Source of the DNA: an uncultured archaeon
GTDB taxonomy: Archaea; Asgardarchaeota; Hermodarchaeia; Hermodarchaeales; Hermodarchaeaceae
DNA length: 38,690 nt
Assembly: GCA_964347045.1 (NCBI GenBank)
Contig: CAYFXC010000003.1
Location: 1 to 38,690, forward strand
Direction: 5' to 3'
In this document: positions 27,796 to 37,900 of the stretch, piece after piece
Position numbering within the stretch: the stretch's first letter is position 1
How the letters are laid out: each line of letters opens with the position of its first letter
Position numbers and translations under genes: made by a program
The notes under the pieces: generated by a model
Told to the model about the DNA's origin: nothing
Databases searched by the model: none
Seen by the model: the letters and a program-made list of their open reading frames with translations, nothing else

Positions 27796-28584
27796 TTATT
27801 CACCTTTGTATTCGGGTTTGCGTTTTTGCAGAAATGCAGCTATTCCCTCAAAAATATCTTTGGTAGTAAAGGTTTTTGCAAAGGCTTGTGCTTCATAGGC
27901 TAAGCCAACTTCGAGAGGAACTTGAGTACCATAATTTAAGCATTGTTTGACTAATTTTAAAGCAATCGGAGGTTGTTCTGCAAGCGATTTTGCGAAGGCT
28001 CGAACCTTCTTTTCAAAGGTGGCATTTGGGAATACTCGATCAACCAATCCAATCGCAAGAGCTTCATCTGCACTAAATTGCTTTCCGAGCATTATGGCTT
28101 CTCGGGCTTTTACTAATCCGATAATACGTGGTAGACGTTGGGTTCCTCCCCAAGCAGGAATTAAACCCAAATTTACTTCTGTAAGCCCTATCTTAGCACG
28201 TTTGGCAGCTAATCGAAAATCACAGGTTAACGCAATTTCACAACCCCCACCATACGCGTATCCATTGATAGCGGCAATAACTGGTTGGGGTAGTCGGTCA
28301 ATCATACCTAAGATTTCATGACCCTTCGCTGCAATATATTGGGCATATTGTGGTGTCACACCACCCATAAACACAGATAAGTCAGCACCACCTGAGAACG
28401 CCTTTTCTCCCGCACCCGTAATGATTAGTACGCGAATTTCCTTATCAAGTTCCACCTGCGCTAGAGTTCGTTGTAGTTGAAATGTAAGTTCTTCATTGAT
28501 AGTGTTCAATTTTTCTGGGCGATTCAATACGAGCCATGCAATCTTCTGTTTTGGTTCTTTTTTTAGAAGGATGGGATCAGTCAT
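27796..28584 (-). CDS. enoyl-CoA hydratase/isomerase (crotonase)
   Basis: AFSGGADL, GGGCEIAL, TEVNLGLIPAWGGTQRL with both catalytic Glu; ATG 28584 preferred. Confidence 0.9.
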   Translation of the reverse strand: MTDPILLKKEPKQKIAWLVLNRPEKLNTINEELTFQLQRTLAQVELDKEIRVLIITGAGEKAFSGGADLSVFMGGVTPQYAQYIAAKGHEILGMIDRLPQPVIAAINGYAYGGGCEIALTCDFRLAAKRAKIGLTEVNLGLIPAWGGTQRLPRIIGLVKAREAIMLGKQFSADEALAIGLVDRVFPNATFEKKVRAFAKSLAEQPPIALKLVKQCLNYGTQVPLEVGLAYEAQAFAKTFTTKDIFEGIAAFLQKRKPEYKGE

Positions 28585-28765
28585 CAGTTTTACCTCAGCA
28601 CTTGAGTGATATATGGTTGTCAAATTGTAGCAGTAGATATTCAGCTTCTAAACGAAAAGCCTTACGAAAGGTCATTAAAATTCACAACTGGCGACTGCAC
28701 CAGTATTTATAGTAGATGTAGTTGCTTGATGAAACAGTTAAAGATCCGTTTTGGGGTGTAAGTAG

Positions 28766-30406
28766 TTGAAACGGTTTTGGCATAAAAACTGGCCTGAAGG
28801 CTCTCCGTTTGATATTGAGTTACCCGATACAACGATTCACGAAACACTAACGGCAACAGCAACCAAGTATCCTAACAATCCAGCATATTATTTCCAAGGT
28901 AACACCCTTACATTTCGAGAAGTAGATCTTGTTTCTAATCAGTTAGCCAACGCTTTAATTCAGCTGGGTGTGAAAAAAGGTGATCGCGTGGCTTTCATGC
29001 TTCCTAATGTTCCTCAAGCGCCATTAGCACTTTTTGGAATTCTCAAAACAGGTGCAATCGTCACGCCAATCAATCCACTATTTAAACACCATGAACTAAA
29101 TTATCAGCTAAAATCTGCAGGTGTAAAACACCTCATAGCTCTCGACCTCTTTTGCACTGTCGTCGAAGCTGGTAAAAAAGATACGTCCCTTGAAACAATT
29201 ATCTATACACGCACTGGTGAATATCTAAGCAAGGCTAAAGCAATTCTAGGGAGACTATCTCGAAAAATCCCTCATCCAAAACTTCCTTCCACATCTGATA
29301 GTTACTTACTCCAAGATCTCCAAAGAACCCAACCTAAAACTACTCCTTCCGTTAACGTCAAACCAGCTGATACTGCTGCGTTGTTATATACTGGTGGAAC
29401 AACAGGACCGCCAAAAGGAGCGATGCTAAGTCATCTGAATCTCATGTTTAATGCAAAAGTCGGTAGCCAATGGTTCAATGTACGAGAAGGCGAAGAATGT
29501 TTTATTGGAGTTTTGCCTGCATTTCATGCCTTTGGGTTTTCTTGTATCATCGTACTCTCGGCGTTAATTGCTGCTTCAGTTGTTCTCATCCCCCGTCCTG
29601 AAATAAAAGAAATTCTGAAAAGCATCCAACAATATCGCGCAACCGTATTAGTAGGAGTTCCCACGCTCTACGTATCTCTGCTTGCGAGTCCCCTATTGAA
29701 GAAATATGATATCAGCAGTCTTGAAAACTGCTTCTCAGGTGCGGCATCATTACCTGTCGAAGTTCTCGAACAATTCCAGAAGGAAACTGGAAGCTACATC
29801 GTCGAAGGTTATGGCATGACTGAAACATCGCCAATTCTAACTCTCATCCCACAGGGCATCCTTCGTCCTGGAGCCGTTGGAATCCCTACTTTTAACACGG
29901 ATGTTAAGATTGTTGATCAAACTGATGACACGAAAAAACTCCCTATTGGCGATTGGGGAGAAATTCTAGCCCAAGGCCCTCAGATTTTCCAAGGCTACTG
30001 GAACGCTCCTGAAGCAACAGCAGACACGCTTCGGGGCGGTTGGTTACACACTGGTGATGTAGGACGTTTTGACGAGGATGGCTACTTGTACATTGGCGAC
30101 CGAAAAAAGGATCTCATAAAACGAAGCGGGTACTCTGTGTTCCCTGCAGAGGTTGAATCTTTACTCTACCGTCATCCAGCGATAGCTGAGTGCGCAGTTA
30201 TTGGAGTACCTGCACCTCGTGTAGGCGAGGAAGTTAAGGCCTTTATCGTGTTAAAGCCTGAATTTAAGGATGCAATCAATGAAGAGGAGATTCGAGAATG
30301 GAGTAAAAAAGAAATGGCAGCTTACAAGTATCCACGCATCGTTGAGTTCCGCGATGTTTTACCAAAATCTGCAGTGGGCAAAATACTTCGACGTGAGCTC
30401 CGTTAA
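28766..30406 (+). CDS. fadD: long-chain-fatty-acid--CoA ligase
   Basis: YTGGTTGPPKG, EGYGMTE, GWLHTGD, DRKKDLI, LPKSAVGKILRR. Confidence 0.9.
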   Translation: MKRFWHKNWPEGSPFDIELPDTTIHETLTATATKYPNNPAYYFQGNTLTFREVDLVSNQLANALIQLGVKKGDRVAFMLPNVPQAPLALFGILKTGAIVTPINPLFKHHELNYQLKSAGVKHLIALDLFCTVVEAGKKDTSLETIIYTRTGEYLSKAKAILGRLSRKIPHPKLPSTSDSYLLQDLQRTQPKTTPSVNVKPADTAALLYTGGTTGPPKGAMLSHLNLMFNAKVGSQWFNVREGEECFIGVLPAFHAFGFSCIIVLSALIAASVVLIPRPEIKEILKSIQQYRATVLVGVPTLYVSLLASPLLKKYDISSLENCFSGAASLPVEVLEQFQKETGSYIVEGYGMTETSPILTLIPQGILRPGAVGIPTFNTDVKIVDQTDDTKKLPIGDWGEILAQGPQIFQGYWNAPEATADTLRGGWLHTGDVGRFDEDGYLYIGDRKKDLIKRSGYSVFPAEVESLLYRHPAIAECAVIGVPAPRVGEEVKAFIVLKPEFKDAINEEEIREWSKKEMAAYKYPRIVEFRDVLPKSAVGKILRRELR

Positions 30407-30414
30407 ACATAGTC

Positions 30415-30422
30415 TTTTTTTT
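30415..30422 (+). terminator. oligo-T archaeal terminator candidate after fadD
   Basis: T8 tract about 9 bp after the stop, between convergent genes. Confidence 0.45.
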
Positions 30423-30447
30423 GGAACTCCAACTCTCCACCCAACTT

Positions 30448-31761
30448 CTAGTTGAACGTAATTGTTTGACCACAAGTGGCCGCTTGCGCGGTATAACCAA
30501 ACCGTTCTCGAGACATCTGAGCAAGCGCTTCACAAGATGCTGGTTCACCATGCATCGTGAAAATAGTAGGATTCCCTCGTGCATGTTTAAGATAGTTCAG
30601 AACTTCCCGTTGACCAACGTGACACGAAAAATCAAAGGCTGCAACCTTTGCTTTGACACGATGTGTTGTTGAGTCGCCATGATAGTCACCGAGTGTAATT
30701 ACTCCGTGATTGAGCAATTGCGCACCAGGTGTGCCTGGCAGTTGCTTTCCAACGAGTAATACACTGCTTCGTGGATCATCTGCGATACCCCGGAGATAGA
30801 TTTGTACGGTCCCACCTTTGAGCATACCTGCGGGGGCAACGATAATCGCCGGTTCATCAAGAGCTGCTTTTCGATCCGATTTATTGCGAATGAATACTAT
30901 GTCTTCGGCAGCCTTACTGAATTTGTAACCGCCAGTGAATGCTTTGGGATGTTGTAGCATAATCCTTGACACCTTCCGTGCCATACCATCAATAAAGATG
31001 GGATAATCTAGCCCACGATGATGGTTCTGATTCAAAACTGTTAAAATCTCTTGTGAGCGTCCCACAGCAAAGGAAGGCACCAACACAGTTCCTCCTGATT
31101 CGAGCGTCGATCGACACGCTTCTACGAACATCTCTTCTACTTTCTGTCGAGATAGGTGCTCCTCACGAGCGTATGTACTTTCTACAATAATGAAATCAAG
31201 GTCACCAAACCGTCGAAGGCTTTGAGCTCCTTTGACTAGGCGTGTATCAATAGTATTCAAATCCCCTGTGTACAAAATTCGTGCAGGACCCCCACCATTA
31301 GACTCGACTTCAATGAGGATTGAAGCACTCCCTGGGATATGACCAGCATCATGCAATGAAAACCTTGCCTTGGGATGAACCTGAATTGGGTGTTCATAAT
31401 TGAGAGTATAGGTATTTTTCAAAAGCTTCTGTACTTCTTTTCGCTCAAACGCTAAGGAATCTCCGCTAATACGAAGCATATCCATGAGCAGAAGTTTCAT
31501 TAGCTCCTTTGTTAGTGTCGTTGAATACATGGGTGCTCCTTGAGTTTGACTCCCAGTGATAATTGGGAGACTCCCACTATGGTCAAGATGTGCATGTGAC
31601 AATATGCCGATAAGGTTACGTGTGGATGTTGGAAGCGGTACACGTTGACTCCCATTAAAAGCGATGCCATAGTCCATCACTAAACGAGCACCTGCGTGTT
31701 CTACAAGCACTGCAGATGCTCCCACTTGATGGCAACCACCAAGGAAGGTTATTCTTGTCAT
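30448..31761 (-). CDS. beta-CASP MBL-fold ribonuclease (archaeal CPSF-like, no KH domains)
   Basis: FLGGCHQVGAS, SHAHLDHSG, DAGHIPGS, YTGDLN, ESTYA, PSFAVGRSQE, FSCH, MHGE. Confidence 0.88.
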   Translation of the reverse strand: MTRITFLGGCHQVGASAVLVEHAGARLVMDYGIAFNGSQRVPLPTSTRNLIGILSHAHLDHSGSLPIITGSQTQGAPMYSTTLTKELMKLLLMDMLRISGDSLAFERKEVQKLLKNTYTLNYEHPIQVHPKARFSLHDAGHIPGSASILIEVESNGGGPARILYTGDLNTIDTRLVKGAQSLRRFGDLDFIIVESTYAREEHLSRQKVEEMFVEACRSTLESGGTVLVPSFAVGRSQEILTVLNQNHHRGLDYPIFIDGMARKVSRIMLQHPKAFTGGYKFSKAAEDIVFIRNKSDRKAALDEPAIIVAPAGMLKGGTVQIYLRGIADDPRSSVLLVGKQLPGTPGAQLLNHGVITLGDYHGDSTTHRVKAKVAAFDFSCHVGQREVLNYLKHARGNPTIFTMHGEPASCEALAQMSRERFGYTAQAATCGQTITFN

Positions 31762-31793
31762 TTTATTTCATTCCCTCTATTTTGGGTAATTGT

Positions 31794-31995
31794 GACAAGT
31801 TTACTCGTAACGCAGAATCGAGTTCTACTGATTCAGGTCATTCGAGTTAGCTAGGTGTTTCTTTCACGCTGCCGCATCTGAAGAATCAACTTAACAGTAG
31901 CAATCTTCGCGCAGGTGAGTTTTCGTCGTTTCGCCTCGAACCCGATCATACAAATCAAATGGTCGAGTCACGACGTGGAACACATATCTCTTGTC
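31794..31995 (-). ncRNA. candidate structured 5' leader / ncRNA upstream of the beta-CASP RNase
   Basis: Nested complementary segments found by eye inside a 277-bp intergenic region, downstream of a TATA box; no known family recognised. Confidence 0.3.
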
Positions 31996-32018
31996 TGAGC
32001 TTGTGACAGTAACACTGG

Positions 32019-32033
32019 TTTTTAAACCTTCTC
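32019..32033 (-). promoter_or_regulatory. BRE/TATA promoter
   Basis: Minus strand GAGAAGG-TTTAAAAA just after the PHP gene stop. Confidence 0.55.
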
Positions 32034-32038
32034 ATTAT

Positions 32039-32938
32039 CTAGGCTGGTACTCTGGGGAATGGCAGCGAACCGAAGAGGTCTTTATAGCGGCGCCTCAGCA
32101 TTTCAAGTGTTTCAATAGGGACAGGCACCAATCCTAAATCGGCTTTTTTTGGTGTTGGTCCATGGTAATCTGATCCACCAGTTAAAATGAGATTATATTC
32201 TTTGGCGAGTTTCATGAGTTTCCTAAGATTAGATTCAATGTCTGCATACCAGTTCTGAGGTTTTCCTGCAACCTGCTCGTATGGATAATAGTATTCGATT
32301 CCTTGAATTCCAATAGAAACGAGATCTGAAATTAGGGACTCGGAATCTACATCAACGGTGAGTGGATGCGCAACTACTGGAATGCCCTGCGCATTTAAAA
32401 TTGTCTCAATGGCTTGTTTGATAGTTGGTCTGGGGCGATCTACATAGGCTGGGCGGCCATAACCAAGATATTTTTCAAAGGCCTCTTCGATTGAAGAAAC
32501 ATGGTTATGACGAAGAAGCACACGGGCTAGGTGGGGTCGTCCAGAGGATTCACCTTTTGCTTCAGCTTCGACCACACGTTGATCAATTTTAATACCTAAT
32601 CCTTCAAGTTTCGAAATCATTTTTGGTAGACGTTCTTCCCGTCCAACGCGCATCCATGCAAGCAAAGACTGTAAATCTGAATTCTGTGTATCAATGTAAA
32701 AACCAAGCAAATGAACATGCTCGGTTTGCCAGTTGCAGCTAATCTCCACTCCGGCGACAACTTCAATCCCGAGGTTGGTTCCAGCACGTAATCCTTCTTC
32801 AACACCTTCAATAGTATCGTGATCTGTAATAGCAACACCTGCTAATCCCAGAGCTTGGGCTTTAAATACGACCTGTGTCGGCGATTCAGTTCCATCCGAC
32901 GCCGTGGTATGTGTATGTAAATCAACGAATCCTTTCAC
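32039..32938 (-). CDS. PHP-domain phosphoesterase (TrpH/YciV-like)
   Basis: DLHTHTTASDG, ITDHD, GVEIS, HLLG, GRPHLA, VAHP, GGSDYHG. Confidence 0.9.
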   Translation of the reverse strand: MKGFVDLHTHTTASDGTESPTQVVFKAQALGLAGVAITDHDTIEGVEEGLRAGTNLGIEVVAGVEISCNWQTEHVHLLGFYIDTQNSDLQSLLAWMRVGREERLPKMISKLEGLGIKIDQRVVEAEAKGESSGRPHLARVLLRHNHVSSIEEAFEKYLGYGRPAYVDRPRPTIKQAIETILNAQGIPVVAHPLTVDVDSESLISDLVSIGIQGIEYYYPYEQVAGKPQNWYADIESNLRKLMKLAKEYNLILTGGSDYHGPTPKKADLGLVPVPIETLEMLRRRYKDLFGSLPFPRVPA

Positions 32939-32962
32939 AGGTATCTATCCCTCATTCTAGTA

Positions 32963-33853
32963 TCATTCAATTACTAAATCTGGTAAAAGTTTTCGTATTA
33001 CTTTCAATGACTCCAATGCTTGCTCTCTCTTCAGTTCAAAGATGATTGGACCATCAAATCCATATTCATCTAAAGCCATGAGGAAATCTACAATGGGTAA
33101 ATCGCCTTGACCCAATATCTTATGATCATAATAGGGAAACCGCTTTCCGTCCACTCGTCTAAGAGCCCCATCATGTAAATGAATCTCTAACAACCTATTA
33201 TGGTACCGTTTTACAAAGTCAACTACATCGGTTGATCCTGATTGCCCAGAGAGTAAATGTCCTGTATCCAAGCAAATTGACGTATCAAGTCTTTGAGCAA
33301 TATTCCAAGTTATTTCAAAGGGAAATTCAATCGATTCTAAAGCAAATTTCCGCGATGGAACTTTTGTCAATTGAATTAGTTCACGGATACTCTGTTCCGC
33401 TAGATTCCCTAAAATCATCGAAATCATCGGCTGGTCAATTCCCCCAATATTGAATTCACTAAATTCTGCTCCAATCCAACCTGCATTATGTACCACATAT
33501 ACTTCAGGATCAAGTGGTTCTGCCAACCGAACCGCATCCGCAAGACACGCAACCGATGCTTCACGAATGAAAGCGTTTGGGCTGGCAGGTTCAATGGACC
33601 ATATTGGAAGATGAGCAGTATAGGCTAAATCCAATTCTTTTTTCGCTTTAAGCAAATTCGTAATCTGCCGCTTTGATAGAGCTCCAGGAAGCACATAACC
33701 AAGGTCAAGTGTAAGTTCCATTAGAGAGAATCCGTACTCCTGAGTTATGCGTACGATTTCTGCAAAATTAAATTTACTTAGATCAAAGAGCCCATCAGCT
33801 GAAAGTTGGCTCAAAACAGTTGTCCAATCTAATGCTGTTATTCCAAACCGCAT
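32963..33853 (-). CDS. AP-endonuclease-2/xylose-isomerase-like TIM-barrel protein, CbiR-like
   Basis: TAHLP, YVVH, ALES, CLDTGH, IHLHDG, DH..LG, FEL metal-ligand pattern. Confidence 0.65.
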   Translation of the reverse strand: MRFGITALDWTTVLSQLSADGLFDLSKFNFAEIVRITQEYGFSLMELTLDLGYVLPGALSKRQITNLLKAKKELDLAYTAHLPIWSIEPASPNAFIREASVACLADAVRLAEPLDPEVYVVHNAGWIGAEFSEFNIGGIDQPMISMILGNLAEQSIRELIQLTKVPSRKFALESIEFPFEITWNIAQRLDTSICLDTGHLLSGQSGSTDVVDFVKRYHNRLLEIHLHDGALRRVDGKRFPYYDHKILGQGDLPIVDFLMALDEYGFDGPIIFELKREQALESLKVIRKLLPDLVIE

Positions 33854-33999
33854 GGAAGCTAACCTCTATACTCTTCTCTGCCCATCTCTTCTTCTATAAA
33901 GTTCAAGGTTATTCATGACCTTTATGAAAGCAAACAGGTAAAAGGAACTTCTAACCGGTAAGACACCTGACATTAAATCCTAAGGGAGAATTACGCAAA

Positions 34000-34764
34000 A
34001 TGTCCCAAGTCGAAATTAAAAAGGAGAATCAGATAGCGATTATCACCATTAACAATCCCCCAGCTAATGCGTTGAACCAAGAAATTTTCAAACAGCTCCG
34101 TGACGTCCTTACCGAACTCGAAGAAGATGACACTAAGGTCATTATCATCACAGGTGCTGGAGACAAATTCTTCATTGGCGGTGCAAACATCAAACAATTC
34201 ACTGGACAAGATGCCAAGGGCGCTGAAAAGCTATCTCGAATGGGTCAAGAGTTCACCCTCTTTTTAGAACAACATAGCAAAGTCCTCATCGTGGCCGTAA
34301 ATGGCTACTGTTTAGGTGGTGGCATGGAATTAGCACAGGCTTGCGATTTTATCATTGCCTCCGAAAACGCCCGATTCGGACAAACTGAAATTAAACTCGG
34401 CATTATCCCCGGATGGGGTGGAACCCAACGCCTTCAACGATGGATGGATCCTCAACAAGCACGTGAACTCATCTTCACAGGTGAGATTATTCCTGCGTCA
34501 GAAATGGGAAGCTTTGTTTACAAAGTTGTCCCTCCGAGCCAACTGATACCAACAGCAATGTATTTAGCCAATCGAATTGCAGCTCGTGGTCTCATCGCTA
34601 TTACGATGGCTAAGAAAGCCCTTAAGCAAGCAATGTATCTGCCACTTGAAGAAGGCCTTAAACTCGAAGCCCGCTATTTTGGTCAAGTCTTCGAATCCGA
34701 AGACGCTAAAGAAGGAATCAAAGCCTTCCTTGAAAAACGCGACCCCAAAGTGGTGAATAAATAG
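34000..34764 (+). CDS. enoyl-CoA hydratase/isomerase (crotonase)
   Basis: NPPANAL, GGGMELAQ, GQTEIKLGIIPGWGGTQRL, EGIKAFLEKR. Confidence 0.9.
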   Translation: MSQVEIKKENQIAIITINNPPANALNQEIFKQLRDVLTELEEDDTKVIIITGAGDKFFIGGANIKQFTGQDAKGAEKLSRMGQEFTLFLEQHSKVLIVAVNGYCLGGGMELAQACDFIIASENARFGQTEIKLGIIPGWGGTQRLQRWMDPQQARELIFTGEIIPASEMGSFVYKVVPPSQLIPTAMYLANRIAARGLIAITMAKKALKQAMYLPLEEGLKLEARYFGQVFESEDAKEGIKAFLEKRDPKVVNK

Positions 34765-34923
34765 GGTTTTCCTCAACGAATACTAGACCTTCCAGTCACA
34801 TTGGTACCTCGCAGAATCCATAGTATTCTCTGATTCCTCCCTCTGATGACAAAACCGTTAAAACGCCAAAGCCGACAGGTCAATACCGACATATGTTAGC
34901 ACTCCATTAAGGAGCGATTTGGG

Positions 34924-37900
34924 ATGCGAAAAAGTCATCTTGCCCTAGGGCTCTTCCTACTTTTCTTTTTGCTCAATTTTATAGTGCCAACCATGGCTAC
35001 ATCAAATACAAGCACTTTGATGGATGACGGTCCTACAATAGATTCACAAGTTAAAATCCCAGTTTTTACACCTATTAGTGATCTAATTCTTTTTACATCT
35101 GAAGACCATACACCTGTGGTTCCTGACAATCCACTCGGTACTGGTCGGGAAACACTTGTCGAATGGTGGAATACCTCTTACGATTTTCGACGAAAAGTCA
35201 CCATCGTCGAACCTAATCTTGTATCCCGAACCATGGAACCGGTTCATATATTTCTCACATTTTCTCCCAATACGGCACGCGAAAACATCATTGCCGTTGC
35301 CTATTGGGATCTAGCTACTTGGCATGAAATTCCATCCCAAATATGGAATGTAACACTCTCTGGAAATTTCTATGATTCTTGTACAGTTTGTTTTCTTGTC
35401 AATATCACTCAGAATCACCAAGAAGTGTTCTACATCTATTATGATGATGATGCAATTACGCCTCCATCTTATATTGATCATATAGACGCCATCCCTGCTA
35501 ATGGACCCGCCACAGATGACACTATCATGCCTTGGGTCTATTCTGATATCACATCAACAAACTATACTAATGTGGATACCATCTTTATCCGCTCTTCTGC
35601 AAGCCAATATGAACATTCAGCTATTCTTCTTGTTGACACTCTTCGGGGTGGATCTGATTGGGGTGGCCCCGCCTGTGGCCTAATAACGGCTCGTTATGGT
35701 GATGCTGATGCGTTCGATACGAGTAATGGCACTTCTGCTGATCAATATATGTTGTTAGGAGAATTTGCCCTTGATCCCTATCTTGAAAATCCCGGAATGA
35801 CATCTACCACTCGCGCAAACGTTGCACCTGATAACCCTGCAGAAGCATGGGTTGAGGGAGCGGGTGTGTGGATTCTCGATGATGGGCCTCTTTTCACCCG
35901 AATCAAAATCGTCACAAGTGATGGAGGGTATGAAACAAGCTCGTCAACTTATCCTTCGGACCCGTATCAAGACTCGTTTCCAAGGTCATGGGGAAGCCAC
36001 GGATTCTTCAACTATACAATCATTTACACCTTCTATTGGCACGGAAATAATCTGTTTGTAAATATTCTACTCGATATCGAAGCTAATCCCCAAGAATCTG
36101 GACAACAATGTGCTGTAAAGAATTATGGTGATTGGCCTCATATCATGACTTTCACATGTGGAATTGGAACACCTGGAACAATTGATGCACGTCAAAATCG
36201 AAAATCATGGTATGGATCAAAATACGGACTTTATAATGAGTCTGTTGATGGGCGACGCCGAGACTTTCCCATCGAACCATGGATGGTCTGGTATGATAAT
36301 GCAAGTGGCAGTGATCCCTCTGTAGGCATCACTGCAAAAGTTAATCCTGTGGGTTGGGAAGTCCTCTCATTAGCCGTCACTGGAATGGGCGATAATACCA
36401 TGTTACAACAAATTCTCCGATAAGGGCATCAGGGGGATTTTTTCGTAATGCCCGATGGAGTCCATTTCATCTATGACTACACACTTTATACGTCAGCATT
36501 TGGAACTAATTATTCAGAAACGCGCTCACTCTCAATGCAGGTTAACCAACCGGTCTCACAAACAATTGGTGAAGAAGAGCTCTACGCTCATAACGTACTG
36601 ACTTGCACTACAAAAGATGCTGCAAATACGAATATTTCGAATGTGTCCCTATACGTCTATAATAGTACAAATGACCTTGTTCGTTTTGGCATGACAGAAG
36701 CTGCAACAGCAAGTTTTCTAAAATTGCCGTCTGACACTTATTCAATTGTATCTAACTATACGCTTCTTTCCACCTATGGTGGTAGTGTTACCTTTACAGT
36801 TAATACAACGTCCATCGCTATTGATCATACTATTCAACGCGGTTGGTCAAAAATCATTGAATGTCAGCTTAGCTATCTGACGATAGAGGTCAGGGATTGG
36901 TATGATAATAGTCAATTACCGACCTATGCTGAAGTATTTCTGGATGATGCCTCATCCGGTGATCCAATTTTTGCCTTGAATGCCACTCCTTCCGCTTCAA
37001 CCTACATGTTTCCTGCTCTATATGATATTAGTATTCGTTATATCAATCGGTTCCGTATCCACAACCAAACTGCCCCTATCATAGTAAGTGATATTGGGGA
37101 TACGAATATTGCCGTGGGAATCGTTGCACGTGAGCATCGGACGGAATTGGAGCTTAAAGCTCCCATCACAGTACCGTATGTTGAAATCCCATATAACGTG
37201 ACGAGAACCTTTGTGGTCTTTTACAAGGATTTGGATTCAATACCACCTGGATGGGGTATTGATGTTGGGGCAACCTCGGTTCCCTATATTACCAACTGGA
37301 CGTTATACAATTCTACAGCAGATATCGCGGATTCAGGTACACTTACACCCGTTTCTGGTCAGGTTGGAAACTTTTCGATGACTTTCGATGCATCATTATA
37401 TCCTGTTAATGAGACTTACCAGCTTCGCTTCTTCTTAGACGCTGATGCTCCAGTTGATTATTGGCAAGCATTTCTCTCGGTAACTGTTGTAATCCGCGGA
37501 CGAGAAGTGCACATAGTACCCGCCACAACATCTTTTAGCGTGTTTTGGAATGACACATTCACTTTCGCTGTCTATTTAAACGACACAGCAGAGAATCAAC
37601 CTATTTTGGGAGCAGCACCACAATATTTTGGTATTGGCTTCTCTGGCACCCTGCTCCCCAATGGGACGGATGGATGGTATTCAGCCACCCTCCAAGTTGA
37701 GAACCAATCTGTAGGGACTTATACTATCACCATCCGTGCACAAATTGCCGCATACGAAGATGCCACGACTCAACTGCTACTTTATGTTGCCCCACAACCC
37801 ACCAATGCTGTCCTTATTAGTGTCTATACCACTGATCAGCAGGGTGTGACCAATAATACCATCACGGACTTCAACGATATTTGGGTATCAGTGAACGATC

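Noticed and set aside
31878-31935. Hammerhead ribozyme (CTGAAGA matches CUGANGA)
   Set aside because: No GAAA core with suitable stems follows on the same strand; the CGAAA motifs are on the opposite strand.
31851-31949. 32-codon minus-strand uORF MIGFEAKRRKLTCAKIATVKLILQMRQRERNT in the RNase leader
   Set aside because: Short, no clear SD and no recognisable similarity; cannot be told from chance without conservation data.
582-36061. Numerous 60-160 aa ORFs antisense to or overlapping the main genes (e.g. 991..1359, 18690..19145, 23195..23671, 26757..27179)
   Set aside because: Shadow frames of well-supported genes, with no recognisable motifs or independent expression signals.
36421-36423. 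Selenocysteine or pyrrolysine recoding at the internal stop
   Set aside because: The codon is TAA, not TGA or TAG; no SECIS-like element was seen and TAA terminates many other genes here.
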